The notes under the pieces were generated by a model. That model was not told the origin of the DNA. It ran no database searches and saw nothing but the letters and a program-made list of their open reading frames with translations. Shown piece after piece: positions 37,931 to 47,732 of a DNA stretch of 64,000 bases. The stretch's first letter is position 1, and every line of letters begins with the position of its first letter. The position numbers and the translations under genes are program-made. Source of the stretch: a virus. The stretch lies in the IMG/VR virus record IMGVR_UViG_3300017714_002439; one strand, 5' to 3'.

Positions 37931-39385
37931 ATGAATTGTGCAATAGTAATAAAAGATGAAGTAAATTGTAAAATTGAAGGTCTCGACTTAAACACTAGAA
38001 AAAAATGCGAGAAAGAACTAAAGTTCTTTATGCCATATGCATTTCATGTGCCAGCATATAAGTTAGGTAGATGGGATGGGTGTGTAAGTTTTTTCAGTGT
38101 TGGTGGTGTTACTTATGTTAATCTACTTGATAGAGTCTTGCCCATTATTATGGATGCTGGATATCAAATCACAGTAGACGATAAGCGACAACAAAATGAA
38201 TCATTTGATTTTGCGGCTGTAGATGAATCTACATTTGCACATAAAGTTTGGCCAGATAATCATCAATTAGCAGGCGAGCCAGTTGTGCTTAGAGATTATC
38301 AGATTACTATTGTTAATAAATATTTAACCACACCACAATGTTTGCAAGAAATTGCCACAGGTGCAGGTAAGACACTTATCACAGCTGCTCTATCCGAACG
38401 TGTAGAAAAGTATGGAAGATCAATTGTTATTGTCCCAAACAAAGATTTGGTAAGGCAGACATTTGATGATTATGAAAACTTAGGACTTGACGTTGGAGTT
38501 TATTTTGGCGACAAAAAAGATATAGGACGCACCCATACAATATGCACATGGCAAAGTTTAAATAGTATCAAGAAAAGATTCAGAGATGGTCTAGACGATA
38601 TGAGTTTAAGAGAGTTTTCAGATGGAGTAGTTTGTGTTATTGTAGACGAAGTCCATCAAGCAAAAGCAGATGTTTTAAAAGACATGCTTACTAAGGAATT
38701 TGCACATATTCCTTTACGTTGGGGACTTACTGGAACTATACCAAAAGAAGATCATGCTAAAGCAAGTTTACAAGCATGTCTTGGAGAAGTTACAAATAAA
38801 TTAAGTGCAAGCGAATTACAAGACATGGGAGTTTTAAGTAACTGTCACGTTAATGTAGTTCAACTAAAAGAAACGGCGGTATACAATAATTATCAAAGTG
38901 AGTTAACTTACTTAACTACAGATAAAGAACGTATGAAGTATCTCAGTAGTTTTATTCAAACAGTTGCTGAAACAGGTAATACACTTGTATTAGTAGATAG
39001 AATTAAAGCAGGAGAAATAATTGCAGAAAATATACCAGATGTTACTTTTGTTAAAGGTGCTATGAAAGTCACCGACAGAAAGGACGCATATGATGAGATT
39101 AATGAAGCAACTAATAGCATCACTGTCGCAACCTACGGTGTGGCTGCCGTTGGTATTAATATTCCACGTATATTTAACCTTATACTTCTTGAACCTGGGA
39201 AGTCGTTTGTTAGAGTTATCCAGTCAATAGGACGTGGAGTTCGTAAAGCCGAAGATAAAGATTTTGTTCAAATTTGGGATGTGACAAGCACAGCCAAGTT
39301 CAGCAAAAAGCATCTTACAGAACGTAAGAAATTTTACAAAGAAGCTAATTATCCTTTTACTATTGAGAAGACTGATTGGCGTTAA
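37931..39385 (+). CDS. uvsW: SF2 DNA helicase, UvsW-like
   Basis: LRDYQ Q-motif, IATGAGKT, VDEVH, GLTGT, GINIP, QSIGRGVR. Confidence 0.9.
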   Translation: MNCAIVIKDEVNCKIEGLDLNTRKKCEKELKFFMPYAFHVPAYKLGRWDGCVSFFSVGGVTYVNLLDRVLPIIMDAGYQITVDDKRQQNESFDFAAVDESTFAHKVWPDNHQLAGEPVVLRDYQITIVNKYLTTPQCLQEIATGAGKTLITAALSERVEKYGRSIVIVPNKDLVRQTFDDYENLGLDVGVYFGDKKDIGRTHTICTWQSLNSIKKRFRDGLDDMSLREFSDGVVCVIVDEVHQAKADVLKDMLTKEFAHIPLRWGLTGTIPKEDHAKASLQACLGEVTNKLSASELQDMGVLSNCHVNVVQLKETAVYNNYQSELTYLTTDKERMKYLSSFIQTVAETGNTLVLVDRIKAGEIIAENIPDVTFVKGAMKVTDRKDAYDEINEATNSITVATYGVAAVGINIPRIFNLILLEPGKSFVRVIQSIGRGVRKAEDKDFVQIWDVTSTAKFSKKHLTERKKFYKEANYPFTIEKTDWR

Positions 39386-39398
39386 GAGAGAAATATAA

Positions 39399-39899
39399 AT
39401 GAAAATATTAACCGTAGAAAACAAGACCTACGATTTGGATGAGATACCCGAGACTATTGACGATTTAAGATATGGTATTCTTGATTATACAAATCCAAGC
39501 AACGTAGATTATTATTTTATTCCACTAGTGTTTTTAGAAAGCTTCTATGCACCAGCGGCAATATTACAAATTGGACAAGTAACTATTAGCATGCCACTTG
39601 ATTGGCATATTGTTATATGTGATTCAGAAGTAGGCGATCCAGAGGTGATGAGTCTTATGAGTCTAAACGATAGAGGATTTACAGCATTTGCATTTAATCC
39701 AATTACAGGATTTAAACCAGAATATGTAGATATTTCAATTGTAAACATATACAGTGATGTTAAATGGTATGCACCTAAACTAAAATATGGACACCTATTA
39801 TGTGTTCCATTAAGCGACAAACCAAATTCGCCTTGTGTATTATTTGTTAAAGATGCAAACAAGTTACCAGAAGTGCTTGACATTGCAGAGCTTTGGTAG
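39399..39899 (+). CDS. Hypothetical beta-rich protein
   Basis: 166-aa ORF in the replication operon. Confidence 0.7.
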   Translation: MKILTVENKTYDLDEIPETIDDLRYGILDYTNPSNVDYYFIPLVFLESFYAPAAILQIGQVTISMPLDWHIVICDSEVGDPEVMSLMSLNDRGFTAFAFNPITGFKPEYVDISIVNIYSDVKWYAPKLKYGHLLCVPLSDKPNSPCVLFVKDANKLPEVLDIAELW

Positions 39900-39905
39900 T
39901 ATAGT

Positions 39906-40019
39906 ATGTATTGGGCATGGTATAGCAAATTAAGAAAACAAGGATATCCTTGGTGGAATTGTTTGTTATGGGCTCGATATAATAATAAGCATTACGACAT
40001 AGATGGAAATTATAAATGA
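39906..40019 (+). CDS. Unannotated 37-aa Trp/Tyr-rich peptide
   Basis: MYWAWYSKLRKQGYPWWNCLLWARYNNKHYDIDGNYK*; fills the gap exactly and its TGA overlaps the next ATG (ATGA 40016-40019). Confidence 0.5.
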   Translation: MYWAWYSKLRKQGYPWWNCLLWARYNNKHYDIDGNYK

Positions 40020-40474
40020 GTAAGTTAAACATCAAAGAAGAAATGAGATCTATTGATCAAAAAGATCGAGCTTGGTATGATAGTCTTACAGATGATGAGA
40101 AAAAGAAACTTGGCTTATGGTTATTAATGCGTTATACAAGTAATGCAAGCGGCAAGCATGCAGAACATTATTTAGAATGGACTAATGAAGCAGTTAATGT
40201 GCATTTTAATACAATAAGAAAACACCCACAGTTGCAATATCAATTGCTACAACTGGTTGGAATTGGTTCTACGGTATTCCATCCTTGGATAGCACCAGGT
40301 AAAGCGGGTAAGAAAAATAAACTACAGAGCTGGTTTGTAGAAAATTATTCACATCTAAATGATGATGAGATTGATATTATGTTAAGCAGTAGCAAAGATG
40401 AAATTAAAGCATTGCTACGTGAATACGGATTAAAGGACAAAGAAATAAAAGATCTCATTGGTAAACTTAAATGA
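40016..40474 (+). CDS. Clamp-loader small subunit-like (T4 gp62-like)
   Basis: WLLMRYTS...HPQLQYQLL...FHPWI pattern, size and position in the replication module. Confidence 0.5.
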   Translation: MSKLNIKEEMRSIDQKDRAWYDSLTDDEKKKLGLWLLMRYTSNASGKHAEHYLEWTNEAVNVHFNTIRKHPQLQYQLLQLVGIGSTVFHPWIAPGKAGKKNKLQSWFVENYSHLNDDEIDIMLSSSKDEIKALLREYGLKDKEIKDLIGKLK

Positions 40475-41151
40475 CAGAAGTTTTTAAATGCGAATATTGT
40501 AATAAAGTATTTAAGCGTGAAAGCACTTTGTCTGTGCATATGTGCGAACGTAAACGCAGATACATGGCCAAAGAAGATAAAGACGTGCAACTTGCATTTA
40601 GATCATATCAATTGTTTTATCGTATAGGAACAAATTCAAAAAGTGCTAAATCATTTAATGACTTTGCATCAAGTCAGTATTATACTGCATTTGTAAAGTA
40701 TGCAAAATATTGTATAGAATTACGTGTAGATGATGTTCCTGAATATACACGTTGGTTATTAAAAAACCAAGTAAGAATTGATAGATGGACAAGCGATAGA
40801 AATTTTGCGTCTTGGATTAAAACAAGATTAAAAACAGAAAGTCCAGATAGAGCTATTGAAAGAACAGTTTTATTCTTAAAAGAATGGAGTAATGAATCTG
40901 GATATAATTGGAACGAATACTTCCGCACAGTGGCGCCAAATCTTGCTGTATTTCACATTTGTAGTGGTAAGATTAGTCCATGGATAGTATATGGAAGTTC
41001 GCAAGCACAAGGGCTATTAGACAAGCTCTCAAGTGAACAAATAAAGATGGTAACAGACTACATAGACCCATATCATTGGCAAAGAGTAATGAAAACAAAT
41101 GCTGAAGATTTTACATGGGTAGAAGGAATTTTAGAAGAGGCAAATTTATGA
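40471..41151 (+). CDS. Zinc-finger protein (C2H2/C2HC-type N-terminus)
   Basis: FKCEYCNKVFKRESTLSVHMC = C-x2-C-x3-F-x5-L-x2-H. Confidence 0.75.
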   Translation: MTEVFKCEYCNKVFKRESTLSVHMCERKRRYMAKEDKDVQLAFRSYQLFYRIGTNSKSAKSFNDFASSQYYTAFVKYAKYCIELRVDDVPEYTRWLLKNQVRIDRWTSDRNFASWIKTRLKTESPDRAIERTVLFLKEWSNESGYNWNEYFRTVAPNLAVFHICSGKISPWIVYGSSQAQGLLDKLSSEQIKMVTDYIDPYHWQRVMKTNAEDFTWVEGILEEANL

Positions 41152-41732
41152 TAGTAAACACAGACATTGACATTGATGTAGCAGATAGAAATAAGTTATT
41201 AGATTTAATTAAACATACACCTGCAATGATTAATGACAATGGTAGACGTAAGAAACACAACACTGGTGTATATTTCCATGAAATGCCAAGTGATCCATTT
41301 ACAGGGTTAAGCACAATAGATCATAAAGAAGCAGAAACCAAAGGTTATTTTAAATTAGATGTGTTAAATGTAAGTGTTTACAAAGATGTTGAAAGCTATG
41401 AACAATTAGATAAATTACTTGCAATGGAACCAATGTGGGATTTGCTTGAACACAAAGAAGTAGTTGAAAAACTATTTCATATACATGCACATTATGGTAT
41501 TGTAAGTAAAATGAAACCTACTAGTGTTGAAGAACTAGCGGCTGTGCTGGCAATTATTAGACCAGCTAAACGTGGGTTGTTAGGAAAAGATTGGAATACA
41601 GTATTTGCTACAGTATGGGATAAGCCTACAGATGGAACATATTATTTTAAAAAAGCACATGCAATAAGTTATGCAATGGCTATTGTATTACAGCTTAATA
41701 TGTTGGTTATGGGTTTTTCTTTAAAAGACTAA
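41148..41732 (+). CDS. Miniature DnaE/PolIII-alpha-like catalytic core (194 aa)
   Basis: Start 41148 (ATGA overlap). TDIDID, KHNTGV, GYFKLDVL, LAAVLAIIRP and YFKKAHAISYA are collinear with DnaE PDIDxD, HAGG, GLxKFDFLG, ALxRPG and FNKSHxxAY. Confidence 0.75.
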   Translation: MIVNTDIDIDVADRNKLLDLIKHTPAMINDNGRRKKHNTGVYFHEMPSDPFTGLSTIDHKEAETKGYFKLDVLNVSVYKDVESYEQLDKLLAMEPMWDLLEHKEVVEKLFHIHAHYGIVSKMKPTSVEELAAVLAIIRPAKRGLLGKDWNTVFATVWDKPTDGTYYFKKAHAISYAMAIVLQLNMLVMGFSLKD

Positions 41733-42078
41733 TATTACGTCTTTTAATTCTTTTAGTAATACTATCACTTAATCTTACTTCAGGACCTGCAACCACTTCC
41801 ATTTGTTTTATATTAAAACTTTGGCTAGTATAACTAAACGGCCATCTATTTAAAAGTGCTATATTAATAGGTAACTTTCTATTTGTCTCCCACCACCATT
41901 CATCACCAAGTGCTAAAAACTTTTGTCTTTCAGGATTGGTTTGAATTCTATCGTAAACATACATAGTAGCAATTTGGTTATCAATATTTTGCATAATTCC
42001 CAGATACTCATTGCCTGCATATTCAATTACAGTCAAAAACGGAAATTCTTCTAATAATGTTTGATATTTTTTTATCAT
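41707..42078 (-). CDS. Hypothetical protein
   Basis: Probable start at 42078 (MIKKYQ), 8 nt downstream of minus-strand AATAAATA at 42094-42087. Confidence 0.6.
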   Translation of the reverse strand: MIKKYQTLLEEFPFLTVIEYAGNEYLGIMQNIDNQIATMYVYDRIQTNPERQKFLALGDEWWWETNRKLPINIALLNRWPFSYTSQSFNIKQMEVVAGPEVRLSDSITKRIKRRNISLLKKNP

Positions 42079-42117
42079 TGTATATATATTTATTTTAAAT
42101 TTTTTCTGTGGTTTTTG

Positions 42118-42125
42118 CATAAATA
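42118..42125 (+). promoter_or_regulatory. Late promoter
   Basis: CATAAATA upstream of 42145. Confidence 0.6.
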
Positions 42126-42144
42126 CATACACAGGAGAACATGA

Positions 42145-42978
42145 ATGTCAAATTACGCAACCACTTATAATATCAATCAAACAGGCGACCTTTACGCCGT
42201 TGATGCCACTAGTAGCAAAGCAGGACTAGGCAACTATGCTTCATCCACTGGCACTACTATAAACGCTCCTGTTAATTACAGGTTCTTAAAGCTATTTACC
42301 GGTTTAGATAATGAGTTCTTTTTTTACATTAAGAACATAGATCGTAAACCAATACAGTTGCAAGGACATACTATTACTGCTAATGTAGTTAATAGAGAAA
42401 CCCAGGCAAAATTATTATCAAAGAAATGTCAAATTGTTGACTATGATGAAGGCAAAGTTAAACTGGTTATTACATCCGGTGAAATGGCTGCAATTCAAAA
42501 CGGCTTCCTTGATCTAGTATTTACCTATGTAAATTCTCAAGGTTTAAATCTTCCATTATTTGTTGATCAAAATCTTAGACCAAATTATACAATAGAAGTA
42601 AGTAACCAAACACAAAGTATTCCACTACTATCAGCAGAAACAACTACATTTAATACTAGAGTAGAAGGAACAGACACATACTATTATAGTGGACACCTAC
42701 CAGGACCCGGTGCAAAAAACAAAGTTAATGGAATGGTTACTATAGCAGTATACACCACTAACTTTACAGGTAACTTTTTTATACAGGGTGCATTAGAAGA
42801 AAATCCAGCAGAATCCGATTGGTTTAACATTATATTAGGAACTTACACGGAAGAACATTACCCATATATCAATAGATCTGGAATTGATCCATGGACATTC
42901 AGAACTAATATTAAATATATTAGAGCAAGATTCACACAAACACAAGGAACACTTGACAAAGTCATCATAAGAGTGTAG
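42145..42978 (+). CDS. Probable virion structural protein (beta-sandwich, baseplate-associated)
   Basis: Late promoter, RBS aggag, beta-strand-rich. Confidence 0.55.
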   Translation: MSNYATTYNINQTGDLYAVDATSSKAGLGNYASSTGTTINAPVNYRFLKLFTGLDNEFFFYIKNIDRKPIQLQGHTITANVVNRETQAKLLSKKCQIVDYDEGKVKLVITSGEMAAIQNGFLDLVFTYVNSQGLNLPLFVDQNLRPNYTIEVSNQTQSIPLLSAETTTFNTRVEGTDTYYYSGHLPGPGAKNKVNGMVTIAVYTTNFTGNFFIQGALEENPAESDWFNIILGTYTEEHYPYINRSGIDPWTFRTNIKYIRARFTQTQGTLDKVIIRV

Positions 42979-42981
42979 TAT
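42953..42981 (+). promoter_or_regulatory. sigma70 promoter of primase-helicase (predicted leaderless mRNA)
   Basis: TTGACA-N17-TAGTAT-N6-ATG. Confidence 0.7.
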
Positions 42982-42987
42982 ATACAC

Positions 42988-43995
42988 ATGAGCTTAATGA
43001 TCGACTACGTTAGAAATCTGGTTCCGGTTAACTGGAAACAAAATCCAAGTGGCTGGACTTCTGGCAATTGTCCTATGTGTATAACAAATGGACAATCAAG
43101 ACCAGATACACGTGGACGAGGTGGTTTTCATTTTGAAGATGATAAGTTTCAATATCATTGTTTTAATTGTCATTATAAAACAGGGTTTTCGCCCGGTAAT
43201 AAAATTAATGATAGATTAAAAAAACTATTAGTGCAATTTGGTGCAGATCCTACACAAGTGCAACGTTTACAACTAGAGTTGTTGCGTGAACAAGATATTG
43301 CACAAACATTAATGGTGCAAGAGCGTAGAAAGAAACTAGTAATTGATTGGCCTACAGTAGCATTGCCAGACAATGCTAAACCTTTTATGGAACATACACC
43401 AACACCTGACTGGACAGAAGCAGTAACATATCTAACAGATAGAGGATTTGATATAACAGATCCTAGGCTGATGTATAGCCCTGCTAAATTGCCGGCTAGA
43501 ATGTTCAAACGTTTTGTAGTTCCATTTTATTATAAAGGTAATGTTGTAGGATATACAGCAAGATGGATAGGTAATCCACCAGATAAAATGCCAAAATATT
43601 TTAATCAACAACCACCTAAAAATTTTGTGTATGGGTTAGATAGACAGCATGCTGACAAAGAAATTGTTATATTGACAGAAGGCCCATTAGATGCTATAAT
43701 AACAGATGGAATCAGTGCAGGCACTAATACTATTAGCGATGAACAAGCAGACGTTATTTTAAGTTTAAACAAACAAATTGTTGTGTTACCTGATGCCGAT
43801 AAGGCAGGCATGCAAATGGTTAACGCAGCAGTTAAGTATGGTTGGAGTGTTGCATTTCCTGAATGGGATAATTGCAATGATGCCGGCGATGCCTTAACAA
43901 AATACGGTAGATTATTTACAGTGCGTAGTATATTAAATAGTGCAGTAAGTAACCCAACAAAAATACAAGTTTTAGGAAGGAATTATTGTAAATGA
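42988..43995 (+). CDS. DNA primase (gp61/DnaG-like)
   Basis: Zn ribbon CPMC...HCFNC; TOPRIM LTEGPLDA and PDADKAG. Confidence 0.9.
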   Translation: MSLMIDYVRNLVPVNWKQNPSGWTSGNCPMCITNGQSRPDTRGRGGFHFEDDKFQYHCFNCHYKTGFSPGNKINDRLKKLLVQFGADPTQVQRLQLELLREQDIAQTLMVQERRKKLVIDWPTVALPDNAKPFMEHTPTPDWTEAVTYLTDRGFDITDPRLMYSPAKLPARMFKRFVVPFYYKGNVVGYTARWIGNPPDKMPKYFNQQPPKNFVYGLDRQHADKEIVILTEGPLDAIITDGISAGTNTISDEQADVILSLNKQIVVLPDADKAGMQMVNAAVKYGWSVAFPEWDNCNDAGDALTKYGRLFTVRSILNSAVSNPTKIQVLGRNYCK

Positions 43996-45389
43996 GTGAA
44001 CAAAAAGAATACACACTAGAACTACAAAAATTATTTGTAGAGTTTTTGGCACATGATCAAGATTTATTTGTTCGTGTAAATGGTATATGTAATTCAGAAT
44101 ACTTTACAAGGGAATTACGTAAAACAGTAGAGTTCATTCAAGACCATGCAAACGAATATGGTGCATTACCAACACATGAGCAGATTGTAGCAACAACTGG
44201 GTTGGAATTACAAAGTTTAAAAGATATTGATCCTAGACATCACGATTGGTTTATAGACGAGTTTGAAACATTTTGTAAACATAAGGCATTAGAAAGTGCT
44301 ATATTAACTTCAACTGATTTACTTGAACAAGGTGAGTTTGGCGCAGTTGAGAAAATGATTAAAGATGCTGTAGGTATTGGACTTGCTAAACACATGGGAA
44401 CAGATTATTGGGAAAACCCAATGGAACGCATCGAACGTGTTCGTAACCAACGAGGTGGAACAAGCACAGGTTGGACTGAAATTGATAAAAAACTATATGG
44501 TGGATTTAATAGAGGCGAATTAAATATATTTGCTGCACCGTCAGGCGGTGGTAAGAGTTTATTTTTGCAGAACTTAGCATTAAACTGGGCATTAGAAGGA
44601 CATAATGTATTATATATTAGTTTAGAGCTTAGTGAAGAACTATGCAGTATGCGTCTTGATAGTATGTTAACAGGATACAACACAAAAGAAGTATTTAAAA
44701 ATGCAGAAGATGTTGGATTAAAAGTAGGAGCAATTAGTAAAAAAGCAGGCAACTTACAAATTGTGCAAATGCCTAATGGTGTAACAATAAATGATTTAAA
44801 TAGTTATATGAAAGAGTTTGAAGTAAAGAATAATGTTAAATTAGATGCAGTATTACTTGATTATTTAGACTTAATGATGCCAGCACAACGTAAAGTTCCG
44901 CCAAGTGACTTGTTTATTAAAGATAAATTTGTATCTGAAGAGTTACGTAACTTTGCAGTGGAAAAAGATTTGCTATTTGCAACCGCATCTCAGCTAAACA
45001 GAGCGGCAGTAGAAGAAGTAGAGTTTGATCACTCTCATATTGCAGGCGGTATTAGTAAAATTCAGACAGCTGATAACGTAATTGGTATTTTTACAAGCAC
45101 AGCAATGCGTGAACGTGGAAGATATCAAATTCAATTTATGAAAACACGTAGTAGTGCAGGTGTTGGACAAAAAGTTGATTTAGCATTTGATATTGCGGGC
45201 TTACGTATAACAGATCTGCCAGAAGATGAAGAACAAACACCTATGCATCAACCTAGTGCAATGATGGATAAAATAAAAAGAAATACAAATGTAACGCACC
45301 AAGAAAAAACTATTGCAGAAGAGAGCATTATTGAAGACACTGACGCTACCGACAGATTACGCAATATGTTGAAAAAAGTCAACAAATAA
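43992..45389 (+). CDS. Replicative helicase (gp41/DnaB-like)
   Basis: APSGGGKS, YISLEL, LLDYLDL, TASQLNR, FMKTR. Confidence 0.92.
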   Translation: MSEQKEYTLELQKLFVEFLAHDQDLFVRVNGICNSEYFTRELRKTVEFIQDHANEYGALPTHEQIVATTGLELQSLKDIDPRHHDWFIDEFETFCKHKALESAILTSTDLLEQGEFGAVEKMIKDAVGIGLAKHMGTDYWENPMERIERVRNQRGGTSTGWTEIDKKLYGGFNRGELNIFAAPSGGGKSLFLQNLALNWALEGHNVLYISLELSEELCSMRLDSMLTGYNTKEVFKNAEDVGLKVGAISKKAGNLQIVQMPNGVTINDLNSYMKEFEVKNNVKLDAVLLDYLDLMMPAQRKVPPSDLFIKDKFVSEELRNFAVEKDLLFATASQLNRAAVEEVEFDHSHIAGGISKIQTADNVIGIFTSTAMRERGRYQIQFMKTRSSAGVGQKVDLAFDIAGLRITDLPEDEEQTPMHQPSAMMDKIKRNTNVTHQEKTIAEESIIEDTDATDRLRNMLKKVNK

Positions 45390-45399
45390 CAGTAGAATA

Positions 45400-45407
45400 G
45401 ATAAATA
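45400..45407 (+). promoter_or_regulatory. Late promoter
   Basis: GATAAATA upstream of the 45435-49162 operon. Confidence 0.6.
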
Positions 45408-45434
45408 CAAGTAATAACAGTTGGAGTTGAGCTG

Positions 45435-45683
45435 ATGAAAAAAAGAACACGTAGTCTATTAGAAGAAATTAATAATCTATCACCTACAAAAGATAGAATT
45501 AATATACTAGAATCACGTGGCACTAATGCCATTAGTGCAATTATGAATGTATTAGAAATGGTAGATACAAATTATAGTTCAGAAGACGCTCAAGACATCC
45601 AAAAAAGAATAATGCTTAGTATTAAAAACAGAGATCCTGAACGTTTTAATAGAGGTATTAAGAATTTAAGGAATAAAAAATGA
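45435..45683 (+). CDS. Hypothetical protein
   Basis: RBS ggag; ATGA-coupled to the next gene. Confidence 0.65.
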   Translation: MKKRTRSLLEEINNLSPTKDRINILESRGTNAISAIMNVLEMVDTNYSSEDAQDIQKRIMLSIKNRDPERFNRGIKNLRNKK

Positions 45684-46627
45684 ATATCCAAGATATTGTA
45701 GGCACAGTTAAGCGTAAAGATCGCAATAACAGAAAACATCGTAAGATTCAGCCTGACAATTTATATAAAGTAAACGTTAAAAACTTAAAAGAAGGCGGAG
45801 CAATGCCGGGCGTTGGGTTAATACATCATACTGAAATAGATGCTACATTAGATGCATTAGAAAAATCGTTGGGTATGCCATTAAAAGCAAATGTATTAGG
45901 TTCTGTAGGTAAAAAAGAATTTAGTGGAGATATTGATGTTGCAATTAATATACCAAAAGAAAAATTACAAGATTTTGCTTCAAAATTAGAAGCATCACCG
46001 CTTATACAAGACATAAAAAAATCAAGTGTGTTTATGACATCAGTTGATATTGTTGGATATAATGCAGAAAATACTAAACCAGGATTAAACAGAACAGGTA
46101 AAGTTCAAATTGACTTTATGCCAGGTGATCCAGATTGGATGAAAACATATTATCACAGCCCACATGAAAAAGGTTTTGATAAAGAAGGCGGACGCTCAAG
46201 CCAATATAAAGGCACATTCCGTAACATTATGTTAGCAACTATGGCCGCAATATATCAATCAAAAGAATCAGCTGAAAAAATTGAAGACGGACGTCCAGTA
46301 GAACAACAACGTTGGTTATGGAGTCCTGCAGATGGACTAAACTGGATATCACGTAAACCTAAACCTAAAGCAAATGGTGAAGGATATACTAAAGCAAGGA
46401 TTGACACTGTATTAAAAGGTCCGATTACAAACACACAAGAAATTGCAAAAGCACTTGGGTTAGATGGTCCAGAAGATTTATATAGTTTTGAAACGCTATT
46501 AGCAACGATCAAGAAAAACTATCCAAGTGATGTTTATACCAAAATAGTAGATGCATTTAAAGATAATGGACAAGTAAAAGACATGGGTATCCCATCAGAA
46601 TTAGAGGATACACCAAATGAAAATTAA
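45680..46627 (+). CDS. Pol-beta superfamily nucleotidyltransferase
   Basis: LGSVGKKEFSGDIDV (GS...DxD) and third Asp in KVQIDFM. Confidence 0.7.
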   Translation: MNIQDIVGTVKRKDRNNRKHRKIQPDNLYKVNVKNLKEGGAMPGVGLIHHTEIDATLDALEKSLGMPLKANVLGSVGKKEFSGDIDVAINIPKEKLQDFASKLEASPLIQDIKKSSVFMTSVDIVGYNAENTKPGLNRTGKVQIDFMPGDPDWMKTYYHSPHEKGFDKEGGRSSQYKGTFRNIMLATMAAIYQSKESAEKIEDGRPVEQQRWLWSPADGLNWISRKPKPKANGEGYTKARIDTVLKGPITNTQEIAKALGLDGPEDLYSFETLLATIKKNYPSDVYTKIVDAFKDNGQVKDMGIPSELEDTPNEN

Positions 46628-47732
46628 TGAAATTTTAATGGAAAAGGCCAGTGGTGCCAGAATCCAACATTTAGAAGATTTAATTATTTGGGACGGTAAA
46701 GCAGGTGCCCAAAAAGCAATCGCATCATTACATAGTTTAGAAAGTAATCCAGCAGATACAACTATCAAATGGGATGGATCGCCAGCAGTTATATTTGGAC
46801 GCAACGAAAATGGTGAGTTTATATTAACTGATAAAAGTGGATTTGGTGCAAAAGGATATGATGGTAGATCAAAATCACCAGATGAAATGGAATCCATGTT
46901 AAAGAATCGTCCAGGATATGCTAAAAATCCACAAGGGTATGGAGACTTCATTGGACAAATGAAAAAAGTTTGGCCTGCATTTGAACAAGCAACGCCAGAA
47001 GATTTTAGAGGCTATGTTCATGGTGATTTACTTTGGTTTGATAAACCAGGCACAGAAGAAGGTAGATTAATGTTCAAACCAAATACAACACAATACTCAG
47101 TTGATCCTGCAAGCGACATTGGAAAACAAATAGCAAACAGTCAAGTAGGTGTTGTGCTACATGCACATATCGACTTAGAAGGAAATAAAAGTAAAGTAGA
47201 TACTACTAGATTTCAAGAAGGTCCATTGTTAGCAATGCCTCCAGTATCAATTACAGATGTTCCAGATATTGAAAGTTCCAAATTAAGTGAACTTGAAAGT
47301 TTTATTACACAAGCAGGCAATGATATTGATGCAGTATTATCGCCACCAGCAGAACTTAAAATGAAAAACTTTGATGATATACTATACATGTATATGAACA
47401 ATTTAGCAAAAAATAGATCGGTAAATAGTATTGGTAGTAAGCACTTTGTTAAGTGGTTAACATCAGATGGGTCCAAAGTAAGTAGTGCTAAACAAGGTAG
47501 ACTTGTTGAATATTTAAAGCAACACCAAAAAGGACTTGATGCCATATTTGCATTTATACGCAGTATAGGACCTATTAAAGATAATATTATTGCACAACTT
47601 GATGCCAATCCAGCTGATATAGAAGCAACAACAGATGGACAAAAAGGCGGCGAAGGTTATGTAATTGGCAAAGATGTCAAACTAGTAAATAGATCAGGCT
47701 TTACAGCTGCAAACATGGCAAGGAATAATTAG
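46617..47732 (+). CDS. RNA/DNA ligase-like covalent nucleotidyltransferase (DUF6267-like)
   Basis: Motif I TIKWDGSP, III VHGDLL, IV GEGYVI, V VKLVNR. Confidence 0.65.
   Translation: MKINEILMEKASGARIQHLEDLIIWDGKAGAQKAIASLHSLESNPADTTIKWDGSPAVIFGRNENGEFILTDKSGFGAKGYDGRSKSPDEMESMLKNRPGYAKNPQGYGDFIGQMKKVWPAFEQATPEDFRGYVHGDLLWFDKPGTEEGRLMFKPNTTQYSVDPASDIGKQIANSQVGVVLHAHIDLEGNKSKVDTTRFQEGPLLAMPPVSITDVPDIESSKLSELESFITQAGNDIDAVLSPPAELKMKNFDDILYMYMNNLAKNRSVNSIGSKHFVKWLTSDGSKVSSAKQGRLVEYLKQHQKGLDAIFAFIRSIGPIKDNIIAQLDANPADIEATTDGQKGGEGYVIGKDVKLVNRSGFTAANMARNN

Noticed and set aside
41148-41732. Pseudogene call for the DnaE-like ORF
   Set aside because: No frameshift or flanking remnants; motifs from distant parts of DnaE are joined in one clean, coupled ORF.
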